The translations under genes and the position numbers were made by a program. From assembly GCA_023381695.1 (NCBI GenBank), contig JAMCQP010000083.1, positions 5,165 to 69,164 of the forward strand: a DNA stretch of 64,000 nt. Reading direction: 5' to 3'. Below are positions 28,201-38,293 of the stretch, one piece after another (the first letter of the stretch is position 1; each line of letters begins with the position of its first letter). The stretch comes from Bacillota bacterium (GTDB lineage: Bacteria; Bacillota; UBA5301; JAMCQP01). The notes under the pieces were generated by a model, which saw nothing but the letters and a program-made list of their open reading frames with translations, was not told the origin of the DNA and did no database searches.

Positions 28201-30085
28201 TCTGGCCGGTTACAACGTCTACCGGAGCACCGTTCCCGGCGGCTACTACACCCGGCTCAACGCCGCGCCGGCAGCCAGCACGGGATACCAGGACACCACG
28301 GTGCAAAATTCGGTCACCTACTACTACATGGTCAAAGCCGTGGACCAGGCTGGAAATGAGAGCGAGCCTTCAGAAACGGCCTCCGCCACCCCGACGGTGC
28401 CCATCGGGTGGGCTGGCAACCTCTGGCCGCAGAGCATCGGTCACACCATCAGCGCTCTGATCCCCACCGAGACCATCTATGCCCAGGTCTGGGCCGACGG
28501 CCTGACCACCTTCCCGGGGCAGGGCGTGGGCATGCTGGCGCAGGTGGGCTACGGTCCGGCGGGCAGTGATCCGGCGCTGTGGAACACCTGGGTCACGATG
28601 AAGTTCAACCTGGACAAAGGTAATAACGATGAGTACCTGGGGTCGCTCTTGCCGGAGCAGACCGGACAGTTCGTCTACCAGGCCCGGTTCAGTTCCGACG
28701 GCGGCAAGACCTGGCGGTACACCGACACCCAGGGCTCCCTGACCGTGAGTCCCTCCGGGGATACCACGGCACCAGCGCCGCCGCAGGGCCTGGTGGCGGC
28801 CACCACTCTGGGCCAGATCACCCTGCTGTGGCAGGCCAATGTGGAAGCGGATCTCTTCCGGTACGACGTCTACCGTTCCACCACCAGCGGTTCGGGCTAC
28901 CTGAGGGTGGCTTCGGTGGATAAGACGGCCGCCAGCTACACCGACGGCGGCCTGGACAAGGATACCAGCTACTTCTATGTGGTCCGGGCGGTGGACACCT
29001 CATTCAACGCCTCGGCGCCAGGTCCGGAGCTTATGGCCATGCCCCGGCCCCGCAAGGTGGAGGTGACCTTCCAGGCGGAGGCGCCCTGGTATACCCCGGC
29101 CGGCGACACCATCTACCTGGCCGGCAACTTTCCGGCGCCCTACTACTGGAATCCGGGCAACCGCCCGATGACCCGGGTGGATGAGACCCATTGGGCGATT
29201 ACGATGATGATGGATGAAGGCACCAGGATCGAATACAAATACACCCGCGGCAACTGGGGCAAGGTGGAGAAGAACCCCGACGGGTCGGAGATGGGCAACC
29301 GCCAGGCCGTGGTGGCCTATGGGGCAAACGGCAGGATGGCCATCAGCGATACCGTGGCCAGGTGGGCCGATCTGCGGCTGGTCGTGGCATCGCCGGCGGA
29401 AGACCTGGTGACCACGGACTCCGTGGTGGAGGTCACAGGAAACGTCCTGCCCGGCGAAGCGCTGAGCGTGAACGGGCAAGCGGTGCAACCGGCGGCGGGT
29501 GGGGATTTCGGGACCACGGTCAGGCTTCTTCCGGGTCTGAACACGATTTCGGTGGTGGCGGGCACCGACGCCAACACGATTACCGTCACGCGTAAGGTGA
29601 CCTATCAGACCAGGGTGGAGCTTGTGGTGACGCCCGCCGGCGCCAGCGTGGAGATCTTCGACAAGAAGCTCAAAATCGAGATCCCGGTGGGGGCGGTGAA
29701 GGCCGATACCAGCCTGGTTCTCGAGGTGATCGATGAAAACGGGCCGCTCCACCCGGAAAATCTCAAGCGGCTCAGCAGAAGTTACGTGGTGTCGGCCGGG
29801 GTCAAGAAATTCCGGGTCCCGGTGACCATCAGCATTGGTTTTGACGCCGCGGCTTTGAACGGGTTGGGCTTTGAGGATCTGGGGATCTTTACGGCAAAAT
29901 ACGATGCCACAGAGGGGACAACCGGCAAGGAAGTCTGGCGTCCGTTTGAAGGAATTGATGACGGCCCGGACGGATATGAGGGAAGTGTCGTCGACCTGGC
30001 AAGCGGCAGGTTAACCATACGGACAGAGCATTACGGCAAGCTTGCCGTGATGGCCAGGCTGGAAAAGCCTGAAGACGGGGATTGA
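25219..30085 (+). CDS. Secreted multidomain GH13 amylopullulanase, frameshifted at G8 tract 27764-27771 (ORFs 25219..27855 and 27704..30085)
   Basis: Signal peptide; three X25-like repeats; N-terminal Ig/CBM domain; GH13 core with GWRLDVANE, GELW and DSHD; after the shift the C-domain, two FN3, CBM20-like and Ig-like domains. Removing one G restores RRTFPWGGEDQDLL. Confidence 0.92.
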
Positions 30086-30150
30086 CAGCCCGAAGAAGAA
30101 CTCAAGGGACCTAAGCAATCCGAAGAACGCTGTGTAAAAAACGAATAGGC

Positions 30151-30195
30151 ACGCCCGGACCAGCAAGTCTATCTTGCTGCCCGGGCGTCTTTTTT
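30151..30195 (+). terminator. Intrinsic terminator
   Basis: Hairpin ACGCCCGG..CAGCAAG / CTTGCTG.CCGGGCGT followed by a T run. Confidence 0.75.
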
Positions 30196-30305
30196 GCATT
30201 TTGCATATTTTTTTCGAAGGAGAATTAGACTTAACCCCTCTTTTTTGATGCAGGAGATCCCCGGTGAGTGTCAAAAGGTGATCCTGGAGGTGGAAGCATA
30301 GTAAA

Positions 30306-30770
30306 ATGGAGGCCATAGCAAGAGTGCGGCAATTCCTGGAGCAAACGCCCTACCGGCCGGAGATTATCGAGTTTGATGAAAGCACTCATACTTCCGAACT
30401 GGCGGCCCGGGCGGTTGGGGTTGAGGTCGGGCAGATCGCCAAGAGCGTCTTGTTTATTGTCGGGGACCAACCAGTTTTGGTGGTGACCAGCGGAGACATG
30501 AAGGTAAGTCAGAGTAAACTCAAACAACTGCTGGGTGCAAGCGGCAAGGTAAAACTGGCGGATCCGGAGACTACTCTCGAACTGACCGGGTTTCCGCCGG
30601 GAGGAGTTTGCCCGTTTGCCTTGAAGCAAGCGATACCGGTACTGATCGACCGGAGCATGGAGCGTTTCCCGGTGGTCTACGCCGCCGCCGGCACCCCTCG
30701 TTCGGCGGTGCCGGTATCGGTGGCGCAACTTCTGGAGATTACGGGCGGGACGCTGTGCGACCTGGCCTGA
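30306..30770 (+). CDS. YbaK/EbsC family aminoacyl-tRNA deacylase-like protein
   Basis: GQIAKSVLF, TGFPPGGVCPF and AAGTP motifs. Confidence 0.92.
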   Translation: MEAIARVRQFLEQTPYRPEIIEFDESTHTSELAARAVGVEVGQIAKSVLFIVGDQPVLVVTSGDMKVSQSKLKQLLGASGKVKLADPETTLELTGFPPGGVCPFALKQAIPVLIDRSMERFPVVYAAAGTPRSAVPVSVAQLLEITGGTLCDLA

Positions 30771-30789
30771 TGGAAGGGGGGATTTAAGA

Positions 30790-31149
30790 GTGTTTACCCG
30801 TATCAGCCATGCAGCTTTTGAGGTTAAAGATGGCGTTGCATCGGCGCGGTTTTACCAACAATATTTCGGCTTTGTAAAGCGAGTGGAAATTGACTCGCCG
30901 GCTCCGGGGCTGGAGAAGATCATCTTTCTCACCCTTGGGGATACTGAACTGGAATTATTGCAGGTCAGCCATCCTCCTGCTATCTCCGGCTGCCATATCT
31001 CCTTAAACACCGACGACTTTAACGGCGACTTTACCCAGCTCGCCAATGCGGGCGTAAAAGTGGGGATGCCGCCGGTGGACGTCGGTGGAGGGAGGAAGAG
31101 GGCCATCTTCCCGGGACCGGATGGAGAGGAAATTGAAATCATTGGCTGA
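30790..31149 (+). CDS. VOC (glyoxalase) family protein
   Basis: Metal-ligand motifs ISHAAF, LELL, HISL and GPDGEEIEI. Confidence 0.88.
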   Translation: MFTRISHAAFEVKDGVASARFYQQYFGFVKRVEIDSPAPGLEKIIFLTLGDTELELLQVSHPPAISGCHISLNTDDFNGDFTQLANAGVKVGMPPVDVGGGRKRAIFPGPDGEEIEIIG

Positions 31150-31156
31150 GCACGAC

Positions 31157-31179
31157 AAAGAGGGGAAGACCCCTCTTTT
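31157..31179 (+). terminator. Intrinsic terminator
   Basis: AAAGAGGGG-AAGA-CCCCTCTTTT. Confidence 0.75.
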
Positions 31180-31263
31180 CCTTTTGATCTCCTTTTGATC
31201 CCTCTCTGACAGGAGATCAGCGACAAATTCCGAATTTCCTTACTAACAAGGGGGGATCAAAGC

Positions 31264-33348
31264 GTGCGCCTCAAGATGGATCATCATCTGGTGAATAGTG
31301 AGGTTTTAGTGGAAGAGACCCGGCCCCTGGCCGAGGCGGTATTGCTGGCCAAAAAGTTTACGCTTGCCGAGCCGGCCCATGGAATGATTCTTGTGGATGG
31401 TAAAGGCCAGCTGGTCGGCATGGTGTCCTGGCCGGATGCAGGCGTGGCCCTGGTGGAAGGGAAGAGTCGCGAGCCTGTTGGCCGGCTGGCCCGCCCGGTA
31501 TCCTGGGTACGCCTGGGCGATGAAGTCGATGCAGGGACCGCCTTTTCCGCAGAGACGGTGGTTGTGGACGACGCGCACCGCCCCGTTGGGTGGCTGTCCC
31601 TTTCTCTATTCCGCGAGGTGGGATTGAAGCGGGCGACGGAACGCCTGGAAGAACTGATGGTGGGGCTCAATTCGGCCTATAACGCCATTTTAGTGGTGGA
31701 CCGCGAGGCCAGGATAGTGGCGGCCAACACCGCCATGGAAAAGATCCTGGGCTATCCCCTGGCCGAGGCCTGGGGGCGCTCGATCCGCGAATTCATCCCG
31801 CATACCGGCATGGGAGAGGTGTTGCAAACCGGGGAACCGCGCATCGGCAGCCAGATCACCATTAACGGGCGGACGTACCTCAGCAATCGCACACCGGTGT
31901 ACCGCAACGGCCTGCTAATGGGCGCCGTGGCCGTCCTCCAGGATATCACCGCCCTGGAGAATGCTCTGGCCGAGCGAGACGAGGCCAATCGCCTGAAGAA
32001 CATTCTGGCTTCCGTGCTGGATAACGCCTATGAAGGAATTGTGGTGGTGGATGAACAGGGGATGGTCACCATGTTCAACCAGGCCTACAGCGATTTTCTG
32101 GGTGTGCCGGCGGAAGAGGTGATCGGCCGCCGGGTCCAGGAAGTCATTGAAAACACCCGGATGCACATCGTCGTCCAAACCGGACAGGCGGAAATCAGGC
32201 AGGTGCAGCGCATTAAAGGCCATGACATGGTCTGTGACCGCATTCCCATTAAAAAAGGGGACCGGGTGGTGGCCGCCGTGGGCAAGGTGCTGTTTCGGGA
32301 CGTGTCGGAACTGGACGCCATGCTCCAGCAGACCCGCCGCCTGCAATCCGAACTTGAGTACTACAAAGAGGAGTTAAAGCGCCACCAGGGTACCCGGTAC
32401 AGCCTGGAAAACATCATCGGCGATGGCCAAACCATGCGGACTTTAAAGGAGCTGGCCCAGCGCGTGGCGTGGTCAAACTCCACCATCCTTTTGCGCGGGG
32501 AGAGCGGCACCGGCAAGGAACTCTTCGCTCATGCCATTCATAACGCCAGTTCCCGGGCTTCCGGCCCCTTCATCAATGTGAACTGCGCCGCGCTCCCGGA
32601 GAATCTCCTTGAATCAGAGCTTTTCGGTTACCAGGAAGGGGCCTTCACCGGCGCCCGCAAGGGGGGCAAGGTGGGGAAGTTTGAACTGGCCAACGGGGGA
32701 ACCATTTTTCTTGACGAGATAGCGGAAATGCCGCCCAACATGCAGGCCAAGTTGCTGCGGGTCTTGCAGGAGAGGGAAATCGAGCGCCTCGGCGGCACCC
32801 GGCCCCTGAAGATCGATGTGCGGGTGGTGGCGGCCACCCACCGCAACCTGGAGGAGATGGTGTCGGCCGGGCAGTTTCGGGAGGATCTCTTCTACCGGCT
32901 CAACGTCATCACCCTGGATATCCCGCCCCTCAGGGAACGACCGGAGGATATTCCCTTGCTGGTGGACCATCTGGTGGGAAAACTTGCCCGGAACCTCGGG
33001 TGCGGGAAAAAGCAGGTGGAGCCCTCCACCATGCAGATTCTCAGGACGCACCGCTGGCCCGGGAATGTACGGGAACTGGAAAACGTGCTGGAGCGGGCGC
33101 TCAACCTCGTGGAGGAGGAGGTCATTTTGCCCGCGCATCTCCCGTATTACCTGCAACGTGGAAGTGCCGGCGCCAGTGGTTTGACGCCTCTCAAGGAGGC
33201 TCTCTGGGCCGCGGAGGCCGATATCATGCGGCAGGCTCTGAAAGCGACGGGTGGTAATGCCCTGAAGGCCGCACGACTGCTTCAGGTGAGCAAATCCACC
33301 TTTTACGAGAAGGCGGGCAAATACCGGTTGCTGTTGGATGGGCGGTGA
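31264..33348 (+). CDS. sigma54-dependent transcriptional activator (CBS-like + 2 PAS + AAA+ + HTH)
   Basis: [28 protein letters not shown]-terminal Fis-type HTH; two PAS-like repeats. Confidence 0.95.
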   Translation: MRLKMDHHLVNSEVLVEETRPLAEAVLLAKKFTLAEPAHGMILVDGKGQLVGMVSWPDAGVALVEGKSREPVGRLARPVSWVRLGDEVDAGTAFSAETVVVDDAHRPVGWLSLSLFREVGLKRATERLEELMVGLNSAYNAILVVDREARIVAANTAMEKILGYPLAEAWGRSIREFIPHTGMGEVLQTGEPRIGSQITINGRTYLSNRTPVYRNGLLMGAVAVLQDITALENALAERDEANRLKNILASVLDNAYEGIVVVDEQGMVTMFNQAYSDFLGVPAEEVIGRRVQEVIENTRMHIVVQTGQAEIRQVQRIKGHDMVCDRIPIKKGDRVVAAVGKVLFRDVSELDAMLQQTRRLQSELEYYKEELKRHQGTRYSLENIIGDGQTMRTLKELAQRVAWSNSTILLRGESGTGKELFAHAIHNASSRASGPFINVNCAALPENLLESELFGYQEGAFTGARKGGKVGKFELANGGTIFLDEIAEMPPNMQAKLLRVLQEREIERLGGTRPLKIDVRVVAATHRNLEEMVSAGQFREDLFYRLNVITLDIPPLRERPEDIPLLVDHLVGKLARNLGCGKKQVEPSTMQILRTHRWPGNVRELENVLERALNLVEEEVILPAHLPYYLQRGSAGASGLTPLKEALWAAEADIMRQALKATGGNALKAARLLQVSKSTFYEKAGKYRLLLDGR

Positions 33349-33372
33349 ATCTGGCGGGCGAACGAAGGTGTT

Positions 33373-33478
33373 TTCCAGACATCCGGAATGCCTTCCGAAA
33401 ATCCGGAAAAGCCGGGACCCCCAACGAAACGGGAGACCGGTTTTTCTTTTTGTCGAAAGGTCTTCCGGAATTTCGGAA
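33373..33478. promoter_or_regulatory. Upstream activating sequences for the sigma54 activator
   Basis: Repeated palindromes TTCCAGACATCCGGAA (33373), TTCCGAAAATCCGGAA (33393) and TTCCGGAATTTCGGAA (33463). Confidence 0.75.
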
Positions 33479-33518
33479 AGTTTTCTGAAGGCTCGCGAGT
33501 ATTTGGGCTTCTCACGGT

Positions 33519-33534
33519 TGGCACGCAACTTGCA
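33519..33534 (+). promoter_or_regulatory. sigma54 -24/-12 promoter
   Basis: TGGCACGCAACTTGCA, with exact GG-N10-GC spacing. Confidence 0.9.
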
Positions 33535-33625
33535 ATTGAACCTGTGGCAACTAAATGGATCTCGACCGGCTATATGGGGTGGAAGATCCATGGCCGGCCG
33601 GAAAACAGAAAGGAGCGACGTTAAA

Positions 33626-34996
33626 TTGGTTATCGGCATCATCCTCAGTCTTGGATTGCTCATCTTCTTTGCCTACCGTGGTTACTCGGTCATCTTCATG
33701 GCGCCGATCTTTGCCCTGCTGGCCGCCCTGACGGCCGGGATGAACGTTCTGCCCACCTATACGGAACTGTTCATGGTAAAGATGGTGGGGTACATCAAGA
33801 ACTTTTTCCCGATCTTCATGCTCGGCGCCGTCTTCGGCAAGATCATGGAGGATTCAGGCGCGGCCCGCGCGGTGGCTCACTTCATTATCAAGAAGCTTGG
33901 CAAGGAACGGGCCATCGTGGCTACCGTGCTGTCCTGCGCCATCCTGACCTATGGCGGGGTGAGCCTCTTTGTGGTGGCCTTCGCCGTCTATCCCCTGGCC
34001 GCGGCCATGTTCAAGGAAGCGAACATCCCCAAACGCCTTGTCCCCGGAGCTATTGCTCTGGGGGCCTTTACCTTCACCATGACCGCCGTTCCCGGCACCC
34101 CCCAGATCCAGAACATAATTCCCACCAAATACTTCGGGACAAACGCTTATGCCGCTCCGCTGGTTGGTATTGTGGGCGCGCTGATGATGTTCGCCGGCGG
34201 CCTGGCCTGGCTGGAGTGGCGTAAACGCAGGGCCACGTACGCTGGAGAGGGTTATGGGAGCCACACCAAAAACGAACCGGTGGTGGAAGCCGATGCCTAC
34301 ATGCCGCGTTTCGGGTTGGCCATCCTGCCCCTGGTCATCGTTCTGGTCTTAAACTATCTGCTCACCAGGCTTATTAACGGCTGGAACCCCGACATCCTGA
34401 AGCCCTTCGGGACCGCCGCTCTTGCCAGCGTAGCTCCGACCTGGGCGCTGATCGTGGCGCTGGTTCTGGGGATCGTTGTCGCCGTTCTCCTCAATTGGAA
34501 GGAGATGAAGACCAAATATGTGAACAGCCTCAACGCTGGCACCATCGGCTCTCTGCTGGCCATCATGAATACGGCCTCCGAGGTGGGCTACGGCAATGTC
34601 ATCAGTACTCTGCCGGGTTTCAAGGCCATTGCGGCGGCCCTCCTGGGCATCAAGGGGACGCCCCTTCTTTCCGAAACCGTGACCGTCAACATCCTGGCGG
34701 GCATCACCGGGTCCGCCTCCGGCGGGATGAGCATCGCCCTGGAGACCATGGGCACTCAATACCTGCAGTGGGCCAACCGGGTGGGGCTGAATCCTGAACT
34801 CCTGCACCGGATTGCTTCCATGTCCTCCGGCGGCTTTGACACTCTGCCCCACAACGGCGCGGTGATCACCTTGCTGGCCATCACCGGGTTGACCCACCGG
34901 CAATCTTACATCGATATCGGCATGGTGTCCCTGGTCGTTCCCGTGGTCAGCACGCTCCTGCTTATCCTGCTAACCACGCTCCTTGGGATTGTATAG
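33626..34996 (+). CDS. GntP/GntT family permease (YxjC-like, probable 3-hydroxybutyrate/short acid uptake)
   Basis: LTYGGVSLFVVAF, PGTPQIQN, GITGSASGG and DTLPHNGA motifs; TTG start after AAGGAG. Confidence 0.88.
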   Translation: MVIGIILSLGLLIFFAYRGYSVIFMAPIFALLAALTAGMNVLPTYTELFMVKMVGYIKNFFPIFMLGAVFGKIMEDSGAARAVAHFIIKKLGKERAIVATVLSCAILTYGGVSLFVVAFAVYPLAAAMFKEANIPKRLVPGAIALGAFTFTMTAVPGTPQIQNIIPTKYFGTNAYAAPLVGIVGALMMFAGGLAWLEWRKRRATYAGEGYGSHTKNEPVVEADAYMPRFGLAILPLVIVLVLNYLLTRLINGWNPDILKPFGTAALASVAPTWALIVALVLGIVVAVLLNWKEMKTKYVNSLNAGTIGSLLAIMNTASEVGYGNVISTLPGFKAIAAALLGIKGTPLLSETVTVNILAGITGSASGGMSIALETMGTQYLQWANRVGLNPELLHRIASMSSGGFDTLPHNGAVITLLAITGLTHRQSYIDIGMVSLVVPVVSTLLLILLTTLLGIV

Positions 34997-35008
34997 GGAT
35001 ATCAAACA

Positions 35009-35040
35009 ACAGGGGGCGGCACATGTGGCCGACCCCCTGT
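35009..35040 (+). other. Intercistronic stem-loop
   Basis: ACAGGGGG-CGGC...GCCG-A-CCCCCTGT inverted repeat with no T run. Confidence 0.55.
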
Positions 35041-35089
35041 CAAACGGGCTCCTGGTGAAATATGGAACAAGCCAAAGGAGGGGCTTTTC

Positions 35090-36664
35090 GTGCCTGTACA
35101 GTTCGTTACGGCCAGAGAAGCGGTCAAACTTGTCCGGGACGGTGACACCGTGGCCTTCGGGGGGTTTGTGGGGAACGGCCACCCGGAGGAATTGACGGCG
35201 GCCCTGGAGGAGCGTTTCCTGGAGGCCGGCAAGCCCCGGGAACTTACCCTGGTTTACGCCGCCGGGCAGGGAGACGGAAAAGAACGAGGGCTCAACCACC
35301 TGGGCCATGAGGGACTGGTGAAACGGGTGGTGGGCGGCCACTGGAACCTGGCGCCGAAGCTCGGCCGCCTGGCCGTGGAAAATTTGATCGAGGCATACAA
35401 CCTCCCTCAGGGAATCATTACCCACATGTTCCGCGACATCGCCGCCGGGAAACCGGCCACCATCACCCATGTGGGCCTCAAAACCTTTGTCGATCCCCGC
35501 GTGCAGGGGGGGAAGCTCAACAGCCGCACCGCCGAGGAGATCGTCGAAGTCGTCAACATCCGTGGGCGGGAGCTGCTTCTTTACCATACCTTTCCCATCC
35601 AGGCGGCCTTTCTTCGCGGCACCACGGCGGACGAAAAAGGGAACATCAGCATGGAAAAAGAGGCCGTCACCCTGGAGACGTTGTCTATCGCCCAGGCGGC
35701 GCGGAACTCGGACGGGGTGGTCATTGTGCAGGTGGAACGTGTCGTCCGGGCGGGTACCCTGGATCCAAAACTGGTCAAGATCCCGGGCATCCTGGTGGAC
35801 CGGGTGGTGGTCGCCAGACCCGAAAACCACCGGCAGACCTTTGCCGAGGCATATAACCCGGCTTACACCGGAGAAGTGAAGATACCCGCCGGCCGGCTGG
35901 CGCCCATTCCCATGGACGAACGCAAAGTGGTGGCCCGCCGGGCGCTCATGGAACTCGTCCCCGATACCGTGGTCAACCTGGGCATTGGCCTACCGGAAGC
36001 CATTGGGGCCGTGGCCGCCGAAGAGGGGGTGGAGGATTTCATGACCCTCACCCTGGAGTCGGGACCCATCGGGGGTGTTCCGGCCGGAGGCCTGAGCTTC
36101 GGGGCGTCCGCCAATCCCGAGTGCATTATCGACCAGCCTTACCAGTTTGACTTCTATGACGGCGGCGGGTTGGATATCGCTTTTCTGGGCATGGCCCAGA
36201 TGGACGCCGCGGGCAATGTGAACGTCAGCAAATTCGGACCCCGCATCGCCGGAAGCGGAGGCTTCATAAATATCAGCCAGAACGCCAAGAAGGTGGTTTT
36301 CTGCGGTACATTTACCGCGGGCGGCCTGGAGGTCCGGGCGGGCGAGGGCCGCTTGAACATTGTCACCGAGGGCAAACACCTGAAACTGGTGCCGGAGGTG
36401 GAGCACATCACCTTCAGCGGGGAATACGCCAGGGAAGTGGGTCAAAAAGTTCTCTACCTCACGGAAAGGGCGGTCTTTGAAATGCGGTCCGACGGCCTGT
36501 GGCTGATCGAAATCGCTCCCGGGGTGAACCTGGAAAGGGACGTGCTGGCGAAGATGGCCTTCCGGCCACAGATTTCGGCAGACCTGAAGATCATGGATTC
36601 CCGGATCTTCCACGACCACCCCATGGGGCTGAAGTCGGCCTGGGCGCTGCGGCAGACCGGTTGA
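35090..36664 (+). CDS. Acyl-CoA:acetate/3-ketoacid CoA transferase (YdiF/Pct family)
   Basis: VNLGIG, active-site [12 protein letters not shown] and [10 protein letters not shown] motifs. Confidence 0.93.
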   Translation: MPVQFVTAREAVKLVRDGDTVAFGGFVGNGHPEELTAALEERFLEAGKPRELTLVYAAGQGDGKERGLNHLGHEGLVKRVVGGHWNLAPKLGRLAVENLIEAYNLPQGIITHMFRDIAAGKPATITHVGLKTFVDPRVQGGKLNSRTAEEIVEVVNIRGRELLLYHTFPIQAAFLRGTTADEKGNISMEKEAVTLETLSIAQAARNSDGVVIVQVERVVRAGTLDPKLVKIPGILVDRVVVARPENHRQTFAEAYNPAYTGEVKIPAGRLAPIPMDERKVVARRALMELVPDTVVNLGIGLPEAIGAVAAEEGVEDFMTLTLESGPIGGVPAGGLSFGASANPECIIDQPYQFDFYDGGGLDIAFLGMAQMDAAGNVNVSKFGPRIAGSGGFINISQNAKKVVFCGTFTAGGLEVRAGEGRLNIVTEGKHLKLVPEVEHITFSGEYAREVGQKVLYLTERAVFEMRSDGLWLIEIAPGVNLERDVLAKMAFRPQISADLKIMDSRIFHDHPMGLKSAWALRQTG

Positions 36665-36722
36665 ACCCTCAAGGTGACCCATGACGGCGGTCTGGTGATC
36701 TAGGCGAGGTCTTTCAACTCCT

Positions 36723-36977
36723 TTATTGCTGGATGTCTTTGAGCATGCGCCGGTGCTCGTCCTGCGTGATCTCCCCGCGGGCGTACCTTTCATCGAGAAT
36801 GTTTCTGGCTGTCTGGCTTTTCCCCCGGCCGGAAGCCGCCGTCGGCGGGAACAATCCCCCGATGACCCGAATGGCCAGGAAGATCAGAGTTCCCCAGAAC
36901 AGGATCATGAAAAGGAACCCGATCCATCCAAAGCCAAATCCCCAGGGCATGCCGTAACCGTATCCGCCCCACATCAT
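36723..36977 (-). CDS. SHOCT-domain small membrane protein
   Basis: MMWGGYGYG..., one TM, ILDERYARGEITQDE; GGAGGA RBS. Confidence 0.88.
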   Translation of the reverse strand: MMWGGYGYGMPWGFGFGWIGFLFMILFWGTLIFLAIRVIGGLFPPTAASGRGKSQTARNILDERYARGEITQDEHRRMLKDIQQ

Positions 36978-37044
36978 GGTAAACTCCTCCTTATATTTGG
37001 CCTTCATGGGAAGGCCCCGGTTCATCTTTGCCGGTTTTGCCCTC

Positions 37045-37099
37045 ATTATAGGAGATTTTGGTGAAGAACCCGTGAAGACATTGTGAAGTTTTTGTGAAG
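37045..37099 (-). promoter_or_regulatory. Activator-dependent promoter with four perfect GTGAAG repeats at 11-bp period
   Basis: GTGAAG at 37061, 37072, 37083 and 37094; minus-strand TATAAT at 37050-37045. Confidence 0.75.
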
Positions 37100-37100
37100 A

Positions 37101-37130
37101 AAAAGCTATTCAAAGCTGTTCAAAGCTATG
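37101..37130 (+). repeat. 3 x 10-bp direct repeat upstream of the prsA promoter
   Basis: aaaagctatt caaagctgtt caaagctatg. Confidence 0.7.
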
Positions 37131-37141
37131 CGAGGTATTTA

Positions 37142-37170
37142 TTGACAACCGGCCTGTCTTCCCGTAGAAT
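37142..37170 (+). promoter_or_regulatory. sigmaA promoter
   Basis: TTGACA-N17-TAGAAT. Confidence 0.8.
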
Positions 37171-37262
37171 AAGGGTGGTTTTGTGGTGCGCGGCGGTTTG
37201 CCGCGACAAGGCCAAAATAGAATAGTATTCATATTTGGCGGAGGTCAGGGGGAGTTTTTTGA

Positions 37263-38216
37263 ATGACTGAAATCAGACGATGGACAGGCTTTCCAGCGCT
37301 GGTGGCGGTTTTGTCGCTGGCGTTGGCGCTAGGGGCGGCGCTGTCTCTATGGGGGCGGGCCGGCCGGGCGCTGGCGGCGGACGAAGGGCCTGTGGTGCTT
37401 ACGGTAAACGGGGAAGCAATCCTGGGCAGCGATTTTTACCAGCAGCTGGACAAGAGAGCCGGCCGCCAGGTATTGGAGCAGATGGTTCTGGAACTTCTGA
37501 TCCGGCAGGCGGCCAAGGAGGCCAAGCTCAGCGTAACAGACAACGAGGTCAAGGAGGAAGTGGAAAGGCTGAAAGCCAACTTTCCCACCGATCAGGAATA
37601 CCAGGCCGCCCTGGTCAAGTATGGCCTGACCGAGCAGGAGTTGAACGGCCAGGTCAGCATTAACTTGCTCCTGAAGAAGCTCGGCGAAAAAGACGTCAAG
37701 GTTACGGAGGACGACGTCCAAAAGTATTACGAACAGCACAAGGAACAACTCGGAGAACCGGCCAAGGTCCGGGCTCGTCATATCCTGGTGGACACCCGGG
37801 AAGAAGCGGCGGCGATTCTGAAGTCTCTCAAGGACGGCGCCGATTTTGCCAAGCTGGCGCAGGAGAAGTCGAAGGATCCGGGCTCCAAGGAGAAGGGCGG
37901 GGATCTCGGCTTCTTTGAAAAGGACCAGATGGTGCCGGAGTTCGCCGAGGTGGCCTTTGCTCTCAAAACCGGGCAGTTGAGCGATCCGGTCCAGACGCAG
38001 TTCGGCTACCATATCATCAAGGTGGAGGAGCGGATTGAGGCCAAACCGGCGGCATATGCGGACGTCAAGGACAAGATCCGGAGCGAGCTTGTCAACGCGC
38101 GGGCCAAGTCGCCGGACCAGGTGGTCAAGGAACTCCGCGAAAAAGCCAGGCTGGACATCAAATGGAAACGTTATGAGGGGGTCCTCTTCAAGACCCCGCC
38201 GGCTGGAGAACAGTAA
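37263..38216 (+). CDS. prsA: PrsA/SurA-like parvulin peptidyl-prolyl isomerase (foldase)
   Basis: ARHILV, DFAKLAQEKSKD.GS..KGGDLG, MVPEF, QFGYHIIK; signal peptide ending ALA with no lipobox Cys. Confidence 0.9.
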   Translation: MTEIRRWTGFPALVAVLSLALALGAALSLWGRAGRALAADEGPVVLTVNGEAILGSDFYQQLDKRAGRQVLEQMVLELLIRQAAKEAKLSVTDNEVKEEVERLKANFPTDQEYQAALVKYGLTEQELNGQVSINLLLKKLGEKDVKVTEDDVQKYYEQHKEQLGEPAKVRARHILVDTREEAAAILKSLKDGADFAKLAQEKSKDPGSKEKGGDLGFFEKDQMVPEFAEVAFALKTGQLSDPVQTQFGYHIIKVEERIEAKPAAYADVKDKIRSELVNARAKSPDQVVKELREKARLDIKWKRYEGVLFKTPPAGEQ

Positions 38217-38293
38217 AGGATTTTTGAAGATCGACGGCGCCAGTGAGTGGCACCAGTTCGGGTATCCGGGCTGGTGCCTGGGGGGAGAACGGT

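Noticed and set aside
33338..33625. 96-codon N-terminal extension of the GntP permease
   Set aside because: It spans the enhancer palindromes and the sigma54 promoter; a good RBS precedes TTG 33626.
37061..37130. Possible CRISPR or iteron array
   Set aside because: Units are 10-11 bp with no spacers, and no cas or rep gene is nearby; a transcription-factor site fits better.
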